Shown one piece after another: positions 16,714 through 24,937 of a stretch of 32,000 bases of DNA. The notes under the pieces are model-generated. The model was given only the letters and a program-made list of their open reading frames with translations. It searched no databases and was not told where the DNA came from. Positions within the stretch are counted from its first letter, which is position 1; each line of letters starts with the position of its first letter. The position numbers and the translations under genes are program-made. The stretch is from Candidatus Nitrosopumilus koreensis AR1 (GTDB lineage: Archaea; Thermoproteota; Nitrososphaeria; Nitrososphaerales; Nitrosopumilaceae): contig NC_018655.1 in NCBI RefSeq assembly GCF_000299365.1, forward strand, positions 570,001 to 602,000, read 5' to 3'.

Positions 16714-17382
16714 TTGCAAAACAGAAATCAATTGTTAGTAATTTTTGATGTGGAGGGAGTTTTGTATGATGAAGAATATCTGCCAATTCTTGCAGAAAAG
16801 ATCAATAAGCAAGATGAGATTTGGGCAATTACCAAACAAGGAATTCAAGGTAAAATTAACTGGGAAGAAGGACTTCGAACTCGTGTTGCTGCACTAAAAG
16901 GGTTAGATCAAAAAACATGTCAAGAAGTTTCAGATGCTTTGCCTATCATGACTGGTGCAAAAGAAGCATGTAGAGCATTGAAGGCGGCAGGTTGGAAACT
17001 GATGGCTGTATCTGGAGGATTTACCTTGATGATGGAAAGATTACAAAAAGAATTGAACTTGGATTATGTTTATTCTAATGAACTGATTTTCAAAGATGGT
17101 AAACTTGACGGTGTAAAAATTAATGTTGATTCTGATAAATCAAAATCTGCAAAAATAAAAATTGAAGAATGGGGTGAAAAGAAGGAAGATATTGTCTGTG
17201 TGGTTGATGGCGCAAATGATGTCAAATTATTTGATATCTGTGGGCTGGGAATTGCATATAGAGCACAGGACATAGTTAAAGATTTAGCAACTACAACTCT
17301 AGAAGAAAAAGATCTTTCAAAAATATTGGATATTATCAACAAACATTACAAGTTAGAATTAGAAGTTCCAACACCTGCATAA
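16714..17382 (+). CDS. HAD-IB hydrolase, phosphoserine phosphatase (SerB)-like
   Basis: Collinear from memory with M. jannaschii PSP: motif I 'LVIFDVEGVL' (PSP has FDFDSTL), motif II 'MAVSGGF', 'LDYVYSNELIFKDGKLDG', motif III 'VVDGANDVKLF'. The start is TTG 16714 or the in-frame TTG a few codons downstream. Confidence 0.7.
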   Translation: MQNRNQLLVIFDVEGVLYDEEYLPILAEKINKQDEIWAITKQGIQGKINWEEGLRTRVAALKGLDQKTCQEVSDALPIMTGAKEACRALKAAGWKLMAVSGGFTLMMERLQKELNLDYVYSNELIFKDGKLDGVKINVDSDKSKSAKIKIEEWGEKKEDIVCVVDGANDVKLFDICGLGIAYRAQDIVKDLATTTLEEKDLSKILDIINKHYKLELEVPTPA

Positions 17383-17410
17383 ACAATTTTTTAGTCCATA
17401 AACTCAGACA

Positions 17411-18142
17411 TTGTACTTGGAAATTATTCCCATAACTATTGAAAAAGAAATTGATACTTCTGATGATCTTTCACAATTAATTCTCTCTTCAAATGAAATT
17501 CAAGATGGTGATATTCTAATAATTGCCCAAAAAATAATTTCAAAACAAGAAGGACGTTTAGTTGATTTATCTACTGTAAAACCCTCCTTGCTTTCTGAAG
17601 GGATTAGTTCTCAATATCAAAAGGATCCCCGAATAACTGAATTAATTTTGTCTGAATCAAAACGAATCATTAGAATGAAAAATGGAATTTTAATTGTTGA
17701 AACAAATGATGGTGTAATTTGTGCTAATGCAGGCATTGACGAAAGTAATGTTAAAGAAGGCTTTGCAACATTGTTGCCGGTAAATTCTGATAAATCTGCA
17801 AGTATTATACGTAAAAGAATTTTTGAGCAAACAAAAAAAGATGTTGCAGTAATAATCTCCGACACATTTGGCCGTCCGTTTAGAATGGGGCAAACTAATT
17901 GCGCTATAGGGATTTCTGGAATGTCTCCTATAATTGATTATGAAGGAACTAAAGATACTTTTGGAAAAACTTTACGTGTTACTGCAATTGCAATTGCAGA
18001 TGAACTTTCATCTGCATCTGAACTAGTCATGGGTAAAACATTGCAAAATCCTGTGGCGATAGTTCGTGGTTACTCCTTCCAAAAATCTAATTGCGGGATA
18101 ACTGAATTAATTCGTCCTGAACATGAAGATCTTTTTCGATAA
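17411..18142 (+). CDS. cofE: Coenzyme F420-0:L-glutamate ligase (CofE)
   Basis: 'ILIIAQKIISKQEGR', 'VICANAGIDESNV' and 'IISDTFGRPFRMGQTNCAIG' are the conserved CofE blocks. It starts with TTG. Confidence 0.8.
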   Translation: MYLEIIPITIEKEIDTSDDLSQLILSSNEIQDGDILIIAQKIISKQEGRLVDLSTVKPSLLSEGISSQYQKDPRITELILSESKRIIRMKNGILIVETNDGVICANAGIDESNVKEGFATLLPVNSDKSASIIRKRIFEQTKKDVAVIISDTFGRPFRMGQTNCAIGISGMSPIIDYEGTKDTFGKTLRVTAIAIADELSSASELVMGKTLQNPVAIVRGYSFQKSNCGITELIRPEHEDLFR

Positions 18143-18196
18143 ACTATAATTGATTTCAATAAGATTATTACCTAAAGATGAAAAATTTCATTTGAT

Positions 18197-19111
18197 ATGC
18201 CAATAAACGTTGAATTACATTGTCATAATTCTTTTTCAAATTTTCACGTAGGTGATGATGAACCTCCCTATGATTGTGATATTTCAATTAGGGATCAACT
18301 TGAGCGATCATACAATTTAGGATTAGATGCAATTTTTGTTACAAATCACAACACATTGGATGGTTATCATCAATTACTGGAATACAAAAATGATCACTCA
18401 AAATTTAAAAATATAGATGTTTTTCCCGCTGAAGAAATTACTACTGATACTGGAGCACATGTCTTAGCTTATGGAATACATGATGCAATATCTCCTGGGT
18501 TGTCTCTTGAAGAAGTTATAGATGAGGTTAGAAAACAAAGTGGTGTTTCATCTGCCCCTCACCCATTTAGTTTACTTGATGCATTGCGTGACGGTGCTAA
18601 AAAATGTGATATGGTTGAAGTTTTTAATAGCAATAACGTTGATATTTTGTCTAATGCTCGTGCAACTGAGTTTGCTCTAGACAATAACATGATACAAGTT
18701 GCTGGAAGTGACTCTCATGTTTTGTCGACTCTGGGCAGATGTGTAAATGTAATTGATTCAGAAAACAACCTTGATGATATTTTATTTTCAATGAAACATG
18801 GGAAAATCAAAATTTCGCAAACCGGCTATGCACATCAGACTGAAACTCTTGATCACCTGCGATACAAAATTAATAATTCGAAAGAATATTTGATTGATTA
18901 TATCTCTGAACACTATCCTAACGCAAAATGGCTTTTGACATTGTTATTGAGAATTTATGATTCCAATCAAAATAGTCACATGTGGTCTCTTTTTTACAAA
19001 ATTGCAATTTATTTGATGAAGAGAATTTCACAAAAAATCAATTTCCAAAATCAGGATCCAAGTTTCATGAAAGACCGAAATCTTGCAACCATGTTCAAAA
19101 TGGCATTGTAA
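18197..19111 (+). CDS. PHP-domain metal-dependent phosphoesterase
   Basis: 'VELHCHNSFS' (HxH), 'AIFVTNHNT', 'AEEITTDTGAHVLAYG', 'SAPHPF', 'AGSDSHV' give the PHP metal-ligand series. Confidence 0.7.
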   Translation: MPINVELHCHNSFSNFHVGDDEPPYDCDISIRDQLERSYNLGLDAIFVTNHNTLDGYHQLLEYKNDHSKFKNIDVFPAEEITTDTGAHVLAYGIHDAISPGLSLEEVIDEVRKQSGVSSAPHPFSLLDALRDGAKKCDMVEVFNSNNVDILSNARATEFALDNNMIQVAGSDSHVLSTLGRCVNVIDSENNLDDILFSMKHGKIKISQTGYAHQTETLDHLRYKINNSKEYLIDYISEHYPNAKWLLTLLLRIYDSNQNSHMWSLFYKIAIYLMKRISQKINFQNQDPSFMKDRNLATMFKMAL

Positions 19112-19177
19112 TCCAAATTGAATCTGAAAAACTCAAATAGCTTTTAATATGACAAAACGCCATTTTTTAATTATAAT

Positions 19178-19414
19178 ATGTCAGAATCAACAGAAAAAAA
19201 ATTAGATGCAACAGGATTATTCTGCCCAGAACCTGTATTTAGAACAAAAATTGAAATTGAAAGAATGCAAGTAGGTGAAACATTAACTGTTTCTGCAGAT
19301 GATCCTGCTGCTGAAGATGATATCTCTAGATGGGTGACAAGAAATGGTCATGAGTTATTAGATATGTCAAAAAATGGCGATGTAATTACATTTCAAATTA
19401 AAAAGGTGAAATAA
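19178..19414 (+). CDS. tusA: TusA/SirA-family sulfur carrier protein
   Basis: 78 aa. 'LDATGLFCPEPVFRTKIEI' contains the CPxP active-site Cys motif of TusA-like sulfurtransferases. Confidence 0.75.
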   Translation: MSESTEKKLDATGLFCPEPVFRTKIEIERMQVGETLTVSADDPAAEDDISRWVTRNGHELLDMSKNGDVITFQIKKVK

Positions 19415-19422
19415 CCAAAATC

Positions 19423-20412
19423 ATGACGACTGTAACTGATACAGATGTTTTGAATCGTGTTGGTAATACTCCTTTGGTACCGTTGACTTTGTCTCATGAT
19501 AACGTAGAATATTCTGCAAAATTAGAAGGTCACAATCCATTTGGTTCAGTTAAAGATAGAGCTGCTTATTGGATGATAAAAGACGGTGAGGAAAGAGGCA
19601 TCTTAACAAAAGGCAAGAGCATTATCATCGAACCTACTTCTGGAAATACTGGAATTGCATTAACTGGTATTGCAAATCTGTTAGGATACAAAGTTGAGAT
19701 AGTAATTCCTGAAAAAGCAAGCAATGAAACTAAAGATATTATTCGAAATTTAGGTGCTAAGGTATTTGAAACAAGTGATGATTTGTGCCCTAAAGTTGGC
19801 GCAGGAACTGATCAAAGCATTGCACTTGCAACCTCTATTGCATCATCAAGACCTGATACATATTATTCTCCAAACCAATACGCAAATGAAGCAAATTTCA
19901 AAGGACACTATATTGGAACAGGGCCTGAAATCTGGAAGCAAACTGATGGTAAGATAACTCATTTCTTTACTGGTGTTGGTACTGGTGGAACAATTACTGG
20001 AATTGGTGCATTTCTTAAAGAAAAAAATCCAAATGTGAAAATTATTGGATGCCAACCTCAACAAAACCATCTGATTCAAGGGTGGAGAAATTTTGAGGAA
20101 TCTGCAAAGCCTGACTTGTTTTTGAAACGAGAAAACGTTGTTGATGATTGGGTTTCTGTTGATAATGATGAAGCATTCTCTGTGGTGAAAGAAGTTTTTG
20201 AAAAAGATCAACTGTTGATTAGCCCTTCTTCAGCAGCAGTGTATGCATGTATGAAAAAATATCCTATTGAAGGGGATGCATGTGTAGTTGGAATTTTTGC
20301 TGATGATGGAAGAAAATTCAAGAGTGTATATGCTAAACAACATGTACTTTCTGAAGAAGAATTTGAAAATTATCTTAAAGATGCAAAATACATGTCAGAA
20401 TTGGCCTACTGA
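19423..20412 (+). CDS. PLP-dependent cysteine synthase family protein (CysK/CysM/O-phosphoserine sulfhydrylase-like)
   Basis: 'VGNTPLVPL', Schiff-base Lys in 'NPFGSVKDRAA', 'EPTSGNTGIAL', 'GVGTGGTITG', 'HLIQG'. It starts 8 nt after the tusA stop. Confidence 0.8.
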   Translation: MTTVTDTDVLNRVGNTPLVPLTLSHDNVEYSAKLEGHNPFGSVKDRAAYWMIKDGEERGILTKGKSIIIEPTSGNTGIALTGIANLLGYKVEIVIPEKASNETKDIIRNLGAKVFETSDDLCPKVGAGTDQSIALATSIASSRPDTYYSPNQYANEANFKGHYIGTGPEIWKQTDGKITHFFTGVGTGGTITGIGAFLKEKNPNVKIIGCQPQQNHLIQGWRNFEESAKPDLFLKRENVVDDWVSVDNDEAFSVVKEVFEKDQLLISPSSAAVYACMKKYPIEGDACVVGIFADDGRKFKSVYAKQHVLSEEEFENYLKDAKYMSELAY

Positions 20413-20413
20413 T

Positions 20414-20887
20414 TTACTCTAAAATAGATTTCAAGTGTTTTTCGTAAAAATTTCTAAAAAATGAATTCATGTCTCTTTCATGGTGTAGGCATTTGTTGCT
20501 TTGTTCTGTGATGTCATTTTTTATTTTTCTACTCCACTGACTTTGTTGTTTATCTTTGGAATCAATAATGGATGGATTGTCTTCAATCTGTTTCATTATT
20601 TCTATTAATGATGATGCTAACTGTCGAAATTTGCTTATTTGTAAAAGGAATCTTTCAGATTCTTCTTTGTTAATGATTTTCATCAAAGAAAATACTTGAT
20701 TATAATATTCTAAGCCTTTTTCATTGTATTTTTCAAAATTCTCAATTCTTTTTTGCCAATATTCTTTTGATTTTTTATTCTCTACTTTGTAACTGAACTG
20801 AATTTTAGTTAATTCCTTGCCTAATTTTGCTAGTTTATCACTATGTTCTTTCACTGTTATTTTGTTATTCTCTGAGTCTTTGCTCAT
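20414..20887 (-). CDS. Hypothetical all-helical protein
   Basis: 157-aa Lys/Glu-rich ORF, last gene of the CBS-trxB co-directional string. I recognise no motif. Confidence 0.45.
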   Translation of the reverse strand: MSKDSENNKITVKEHSDKLAKLGKELTKIQFSYKVENKKSKEYWQKRIENFEKYNEKGLEYYNQVFSLMKIINKEESERFLLQISKFRQLASSLIEIMKQIEDNPSIIDSKDKQQSQWSRKIKNDITEQSNKCLHHERDMNSFFRNFYEKHLKSILE

Positions 20888-20919
20888 GTAAATTCGTGAG
20901 TCTTATTCCAATAAAGAGT

Positions 20920-21129
20920 TTAGACTTGTGATTTCTTCCATGAGTCAAGTGATTTTTTAGAATATTCTAACAAGCATTTCTCACAAAATGAATCCCACTC
21001 CCCAATTTCCATTTTCTTGAAATATTTCAGTGACCACTTGTATGGTGGCTCTTCTCTATATTGAAATTGTTGAATTGTAAAGATCTCTTTTTCTAAAAAT
21101 TTGTTTAGACATTTTTTTGCATTGTGCAT
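20920..21129 (-). CDS. Hypothetical small CxxC protein
   Basis: 69 aa with 'MHNAKKC' near the N-terminus and 'FCEKC' near the C-terminus. Its start lies 3 nt after the trxB stop. Confidence 0.4.
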   Translation of the reverse strand: MHNAKKCLNKFLEKEIFTIQQFQYREEPPYKWSLKYFKKMEIGEWDSFCEKCLLEYSKKSLDSWKKSQV

Positions 21130-21132
21130 TTT

Positions 21133-22137
21133 TCATTCTTGTTTATCTGCACTTTCTGTTAGATATTTGTCTACATCAATTGCTGCCATACAGCCAAATC
21201 CTGCTGCAGTGATTGCTTGCCTATAATTTCTATCATGTACGTCTCCTGCTGCAAAAACTCCCTCCACATTTGTGTAGGTTTTGTTTTTTAGAATCACGTA
21301 CCCTTCATCATCCAAGTCAATCTGATTTTTGAACAATTTTGTATTTGGTTCGTGTCCAATTGCAACAAAGAGGCCTCCAGCATCTAGTGTTGACTCTTCA
21401 TTTGTTTTGAGATTTTTCAAAACTGCTTGTTGCATCTTTTGATCCCCTTTGATGTCTATTACTGCAGAATCCCAATGAAATTTTATTTTTTCATTGTTGA
21501 ATGCTCTTTCTTGCATTACTTTGCTTGCCCGTAACTCATCTCGTCTATGGACTAGGTGAACTGTGGTTGCAAATTTTGTAAGAAATGTTGCTTCTTCAAT
21601 GGCAGAGTCTCCTCCCCCCACCACAACTAATTCTTGATTTCTAAAGAAAGGTCCGTCACATGTGGCACAATATGATACTCCTTTGCCTCCAAATGTTTCT
21701 TCACCTTCTAATCCTAATTTTCTTGGATTTGCTCCTGTTGCAATAATAACTGCACGACCTTCATATTCTTCTGACGCTGTCAAAACTTTGAGTGGTTTTC
21801 TTCTAAAATCAACATCTACAGCTTCATCATCTATTATCGTAGTCCCCATTCTTTGAGATTGTTTTCTCATCTCAATCATCAAATCTGGCCCCATGATGCC
21901 TTTTTCAAATCCTGGGTAATTTTCAACCTCTGTCGTGTTAACTAATTGCCCTCCGGGCAATATTCCTGATAGAATTAATGTATCATAACCTGCTCTGGAA
22001 CAATAAATTCCTGCAGTGTACCCTGATGGTCCAGCACCTATGATGATTACGTCAAATTTTGTTTTCTTTTTGTCTGGCATCTTTGGATTGTCGTCATTTG
22101 TTTCAAGTACAGTTGCACCTGCATCTGCTGCCATCAT
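21133..22137 (-). CDS. trxB: Thioredoxin-disulfide reductase
   Basis: FAD motif 'VIIIGAGPSGYTAG', redox-active 'CATCDG', NADPH motif 'VVVGGGDSAIEEA', C-terminal 'FAAGDV'. Confidence 0.92.
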   Translation of the reverse strand: MMAADAGATVLETNDDNPKMPDKKKTKFDVIIIGAGPSGYTAGIYCSRAGYDTLILSGILPGGQLVNTTEVENYPGFEKGIMGPDLMIEMRKQSQRMGTTIIDDEAVDVDFRRKPLKVLTASEEYEGRAVIIATGANPRKLGLEGEETFGGKGVSYCATCDGPFFRNQELVVVGGGDSAIEEATFLTKFATTVHLVHRRDELRASKVMQERAFNNEKIKFHWDSAVIDIKGDQKMQQAVLKNLKTNEESTLDAGGLFVAIGHEPNTKLFKNQIDLDDEGYVILKNKTYTNVEGVFAAGDVHDRNYRQAITAAGFGCMAAIDVDKYLTESADKQE

Positions 22138-22185
22138 GATAACTCATCTTTAATTTCAATAATTTAAGTCAATATCTTTTTTCAG

Positions 22186-22623
22186 TCAATCATCTTTCAT
22201 TCTCATTAGAATTTGATCACAAATCTTACGCATTTGAGAATCGGAACCTACACTGGAAATTCTGACAATATCTGTAGTCGTAATCACTCCTACAATTTGC
22301 TCATCTTCTTTTACTGGGAGTTTGTGAATTAAATTTTCTTTCATCATTTCTGAGGCTTCCCAAATTGTTTCATCAGGACTAATTGTGATTAGTGGTGATG
22401 ACATCACTTCTCCAATTTCTGTAAATAGTGGTCTTCCTTCTGCAGCAACTTTTGTGACAAAATCCCTCTCCGTAATGATTCCAATTGGTTTTGAATTATC
22501 TGTAACGATTACACAACCTACATTCAATTTATTCATCTCTTGTGCTGCGTCTTGTAATGATGTTGATTTTTCTGCTGTGAGAACATTTTTGTTCATTACT
22601 TGGTTGACAAATGTATTGTCCAT
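22186..22623 (-). CDS. CBS-pair (Bateman domain) protein
   Basis: 145 aa with two CBS repeats ('VMNKNVLTAEKSTSLQDAAQEMNKLNVGCVIV..GIITERD' and 'VMSSPLITISPDETIWEASEMMKENLIHKLPV..GVITTTD'). There is no other domain. Confidence 0.85.
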   Translation of the reverse strand: MDNTFVNQVMNKNVLTAEKSTSLQDAAQEMNKLNVGCVIVTDNSKPIGIITERDFVTKVAAEGRPLFTEIGEVMSSPLITISPDETIWEASEMMKENLIHKLPVKEDEQIVGVITTTDIVRISSVGSDSQMRKICDQILMRMKDD

Positions 22624-22650
22624 AATCTATTGATGTGTTCTAACTATATC

Positions 22651-22657
22651 TTATAAA
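22651..22657 (-). promoter_or_regulatory. TATA-like box for the CBS-trxB unit
   Basis: The minus strand reads TTTATAA, 28-34 nt upstream of the CBS start at 22623. The spacing fits archaeal TATA position with a leaderless or short-leader mRNA. Confidence 0.35.
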
Positions 22658-22692
22658 TTCTAAATTATCATGCCTGAAAATCATGTCAGATA

Positions 22693-22714
22693 ATCATTAA
22701 ACCCTTTTAATGAT
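22693..22714. promoter_or_regulatory. Perfect 9-bp inverted repeat (ATCATTAAA-N4-TTTAATGAT) in the divergent CBS-trxB / usp-usp promoter region
   Basis: Read directly: atcattaaa (22693-22701), ccct, tttaatgat (22706-22714). The right arm coincides with the TATA-like TTTAATGA element 20 nt upstream of usp ATG 22734. Confidence 0.4.
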
Positions 22715-22733
22715 CATTTATTTAATTTCAAAT

Positions 22734-23165
22734 ATGGTAATTAAGACAAAAAAGATTTTGGTACCGCTGGATGGTTCAAAGAACTCTCTGCGTGGCTTGG
22801 ACATGGCTATCCACATAGCTAGACAATCTCAAGGAGTAATTGTTGCCTTGACTATAAAGTCTGTACCTGGAATTTACGCTATTCATCCATTAGGATTCTT
22901 AGATTTTAATTCTTCAAAAGAAATGAAAAAAATTCTTGACAGTGCAAAATTAAGAGCTGCAAAAAAGGGAATTAAATTAATTCCAAAAGCCCTATCTGGA
23001 GATCCAGGATATGATGTTGCACGATTTGCAAATAACAAGAAAAACGGAATTGATTTGGTTGTAATTGGTGCTCGTGGAAGAAGTTCTGCAAAAGAGCTTT
23101 TCTTAGGAAGCGTTTCAAACTACGTATTGCACAAGTCAAAAAAACCAGTACTTGTTGTGAAATGA
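22734..23165 (+). CDS. Universal stress protein (UspA family)
   Basis: 'KKILVPLDGSKNS' and the ATP motif 'GARGRSSAKELFLGSVS'. ATG 22734 is preferred over 22710, which adds 'MIIYLISN'. Confidence 0.85.
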   Translation: MVIKTKKILVPLDGSKNSLRGLDMAIHIARQSQGVIVALTIKSVPGIYAIHPLGFLDFNSSKEMKKILDSAKLRAAKKGIKLIPKALSGDPGYDVARFANNKKNGIDLVVIGARGRSSAKELFLGSVSNYVLHKSKKPVLVVK

Positions 23166-23596
23166 CAAAAAGCATTTCTAACTTTAAAACAATTCTTGTA
23201 CCATTAGATGGTTCAAAATATTCTGAGAAGGCACTACAACGTGCATGTGAATTAGTTGATGCATTTGATTCTAAGATAATTTTGGTTTATGTTGTTGAAA
23301 AATCAATTCCTATCAATCTTTTGGATCGTAAAGAATACTTGACCATTGTTAGAAAATTTGGAAAAAAAACTCTTGAACGTGCAACTAAAACACTTTCAAA
23401 AAAAGGAATAACTGCAAAACCTCTTCTAAAAGAAGGAAATATTGTTTCTGAAATTGAAAAAATTGTAAAAAACGAAAAATGTGATTTAATTGTAGTTGGC
23501 AACAAAGGTCTTGGTGCCCTCACAAGATTTCTTCTTGGTAGCGTTTCAAACAAACTTGCTCAACACTCTCCTTGTTCTTTGTTAATTGTAAAATAG
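23162..23596 (+). CDS. Universal stress protein (UspA family)
   Basis: 'KTILVPLDGSKYS' and 'GNKGLGALTRFLLGSVS'. Its start overlaps the upstream usp stop (ATGA at 23162-23165). Confidence 0.85.
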   Translation: MTKSISNFKTILVPLDGSKYSEKALQRACELVDAFDSKIILVYVVEKSIPINLLDRKEYLTIVRKFGKKTLERATKTLSKKGITAKPLLKEGNIVSEIEKIVKNEKCDLIVVGNKGLGALTRFLLGSVSNKLAQHSPCSLLIVK

Positions 23597-23597
23597 A

Positions 23598-24452
23598 TTA
23601 ACTTGCTAGAACACTTACAATATCTGATTTTGTAATAATTCCTACTAATTTTGAATTTTTTACAACTGGTAATCCGCTAACATTGTGTTTAATCATGAGT
23701 GTTATTGCGTCTTTGATTTCTTTGTCGTGATTAATTGTGATGGGGTTTGTTGTCATGATGTCTGTAGCGTGAAATGGAAATAGATAACTCATTTGATTTA
23801 CATGTCCTTCTGTAAGTCCTTTTTTGAATTTGTATTCTTGTACTTCTTTTGGGTCCGCTGATTCTGCAATCCATTGAGGAATTTTTGCAGGAACAAAATC
23901 TCTAAACGTAATAATCCCTACTGGTTTTTGATTTCTCTTGATTATTATTCTGGATATTCCATATCTTAGCAACAAACTTTCAACATGTAGTATGGGGTCA
24001 CTTGGAGCTGCAGTGACTAAGTTTTTTTTCATTATTTGAGACACTTTAAGCGATTCAGAACCTTTCGTTAAGAATATCTTGACCAGATCTGTCTTCGTTA
24101 TTATTCCCCCTAGTGTTTTATCTTCATTTAGAATAATCACAACACTGATTCTATGTTTTTTCATCATTGTTGCACATTCTTTAACTGAATTTTCTCTAGT
24201 AAGTGTGAATAATTTTTTTGGTTTGAAACTTTTTGCTTGGACTGATTTTATTGGATTGTTGCCTAACTCGTAAATTTTCTTTGCGATATCTTTTTCGGTA
24301 ATTACTGCTATTGGATTTTTTTTATCAATTACAACTACTCTTTTGACTTTGTTTTTTAGTAACGTGTCTCTGACTTTTACCAAAGTTGAATTTGGCCCTA
24401 CAGTAATTGGTTTTGTTAATAATTTTGTTAATTTTGAATTTTTGACATCCAC
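23598..24452 (-). CDS. Protein with four CBS domains (two Bateman modules)
   Basis: 284 aa with four repeats ending '..IAVITEKD', '..GGIITKTD', '..VGIITFRD', '..VGIITKSD'. There is no other domain. Confidence 0.85.
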   Translation of the reverse strand: MDVKNSKLTKLLTKPITVGPNSTLVKVRDTLLKNKVKRVVVIDKKNPIAVITEKDIAKKIYELGNNPIKSVQAKSFKPKKLFTLTRENSVKECATMMKKHRISVVIILNEDKTLGGIITKTDLVKIFLTKGSESLKVSQIMKKNLVTAAPSDPILHVESLLLRYGISRIIIKRNQKPVGIITFRDFVPAKIPQWIAESADPKEVQEYKFKKGLTEGHVNQMSYLFPFHATDIMTTNPITINHDKEIKDAITLMIKHNVSGLPVVKNSKLVGIITKSDIVSVLAS

Positions 24453-24471
24453 AAGGTTCCTTTTTTATTAT

Positions 24472-24479
24472 TCATTAAA
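24472..24479 (-). promoter_or_regulatory. TATA-like box for the 4xCBS gene
   Basis: The minus strand reads TTTAATGA, ending 19 nt upstream of the start at 24452. It is the same octamer, at the same spacing, as upstream of usp 22734. Confidence 0.35.
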
Positions 24480-24562
24480 TATGTCATTGCCAATATCATC
24501 AATGAAAATCACGACTAATAATTATTATAATGCTTTTTAATTCAAGTTTATGAAGTTAATTT

Positions 24563-24904
24563 ATGGCTCAAAAAATTCCTTTGTATATAGTTGGATTGGC
24601 AAAAGATGAACCTGCAAATGAGCTTTTGATGTCTAAATTTGGTGGAGCCCTGGAGAAAGTTCAACAGGTGTTGCCTGATATTATTGAGGCTAAAATAACA
24701 GTAAAATCTCAAAACCCTGAAGGTTCTAGAACTCATTATGATGTTACCGCAATAGTGAAAACATCAAAAAACCAATTAGTCTATACCGAATCTGATTGGG
24801 ATATACTCAAAATATGTGATCAATTAATCAAAAAATTGGAAAGAGAAATGCCAAAACATGATGATAAACGTCAAAGAGATAGTATTCGTAAGAGAGAGGT
24901 TTAG
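24563..24904 (+). CDS. HPF/RaiA (S30EA)-like ribosome-associated protein, putative
   Basis: 113 aa. The beta-alpha-beta-beta-beta-alpha layout and its local sequence parallel bacterial HPF/YfiA from memory. 'IIEAKITVKSQN..THYDVTAIVKTSKNQLVYTESDWDILKICDQLIKKLEREMPKH' compares with YfiA '[55 protein letters not shown]'. This was not verified by a profile search. Confidence 0.5.
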   Translation: MAQKIPLYIVGLAKDEPANELLMSKFGGALEKVQQVLPDIIEAKITVKSQNPEGSRTHYDVTAIVKTSKNQLVYTESDWDILKICDQLIKKLEREMPKHDDKRQRDSIRKREV

Positions 24905-24937
24905 ACACTGTTTACAAATATTTTAATTCCATTTGAT

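Noticed and set aside
17070-17893. Minus-strand ORFs 17070-17342, 17617-17865 and 17690-17893.
   Set aside because: They are antisense to the SerB-like and cofE genes.
22710-22733. Alternative upstream ATG (22710) for the first usp gene.
   Set aside because: It adds 'MIIYLISN' before the conserved 'KKILVPLDGS' and would place the start codon inside the TATA-like palindrome arm. ATG 22734 fits the family N-terminus better. It is not excluded.
24902-24904. TAG decoded as pyrrolysine.
   Set aside because: No pyl genes are in the window. Pyrrolysine decoding is known from methanogen and bacterial lineages and is not expected in Thaumarchaeota. Other genes here use TAG as an ordinary stop (egtD, egtB, usp 23596).
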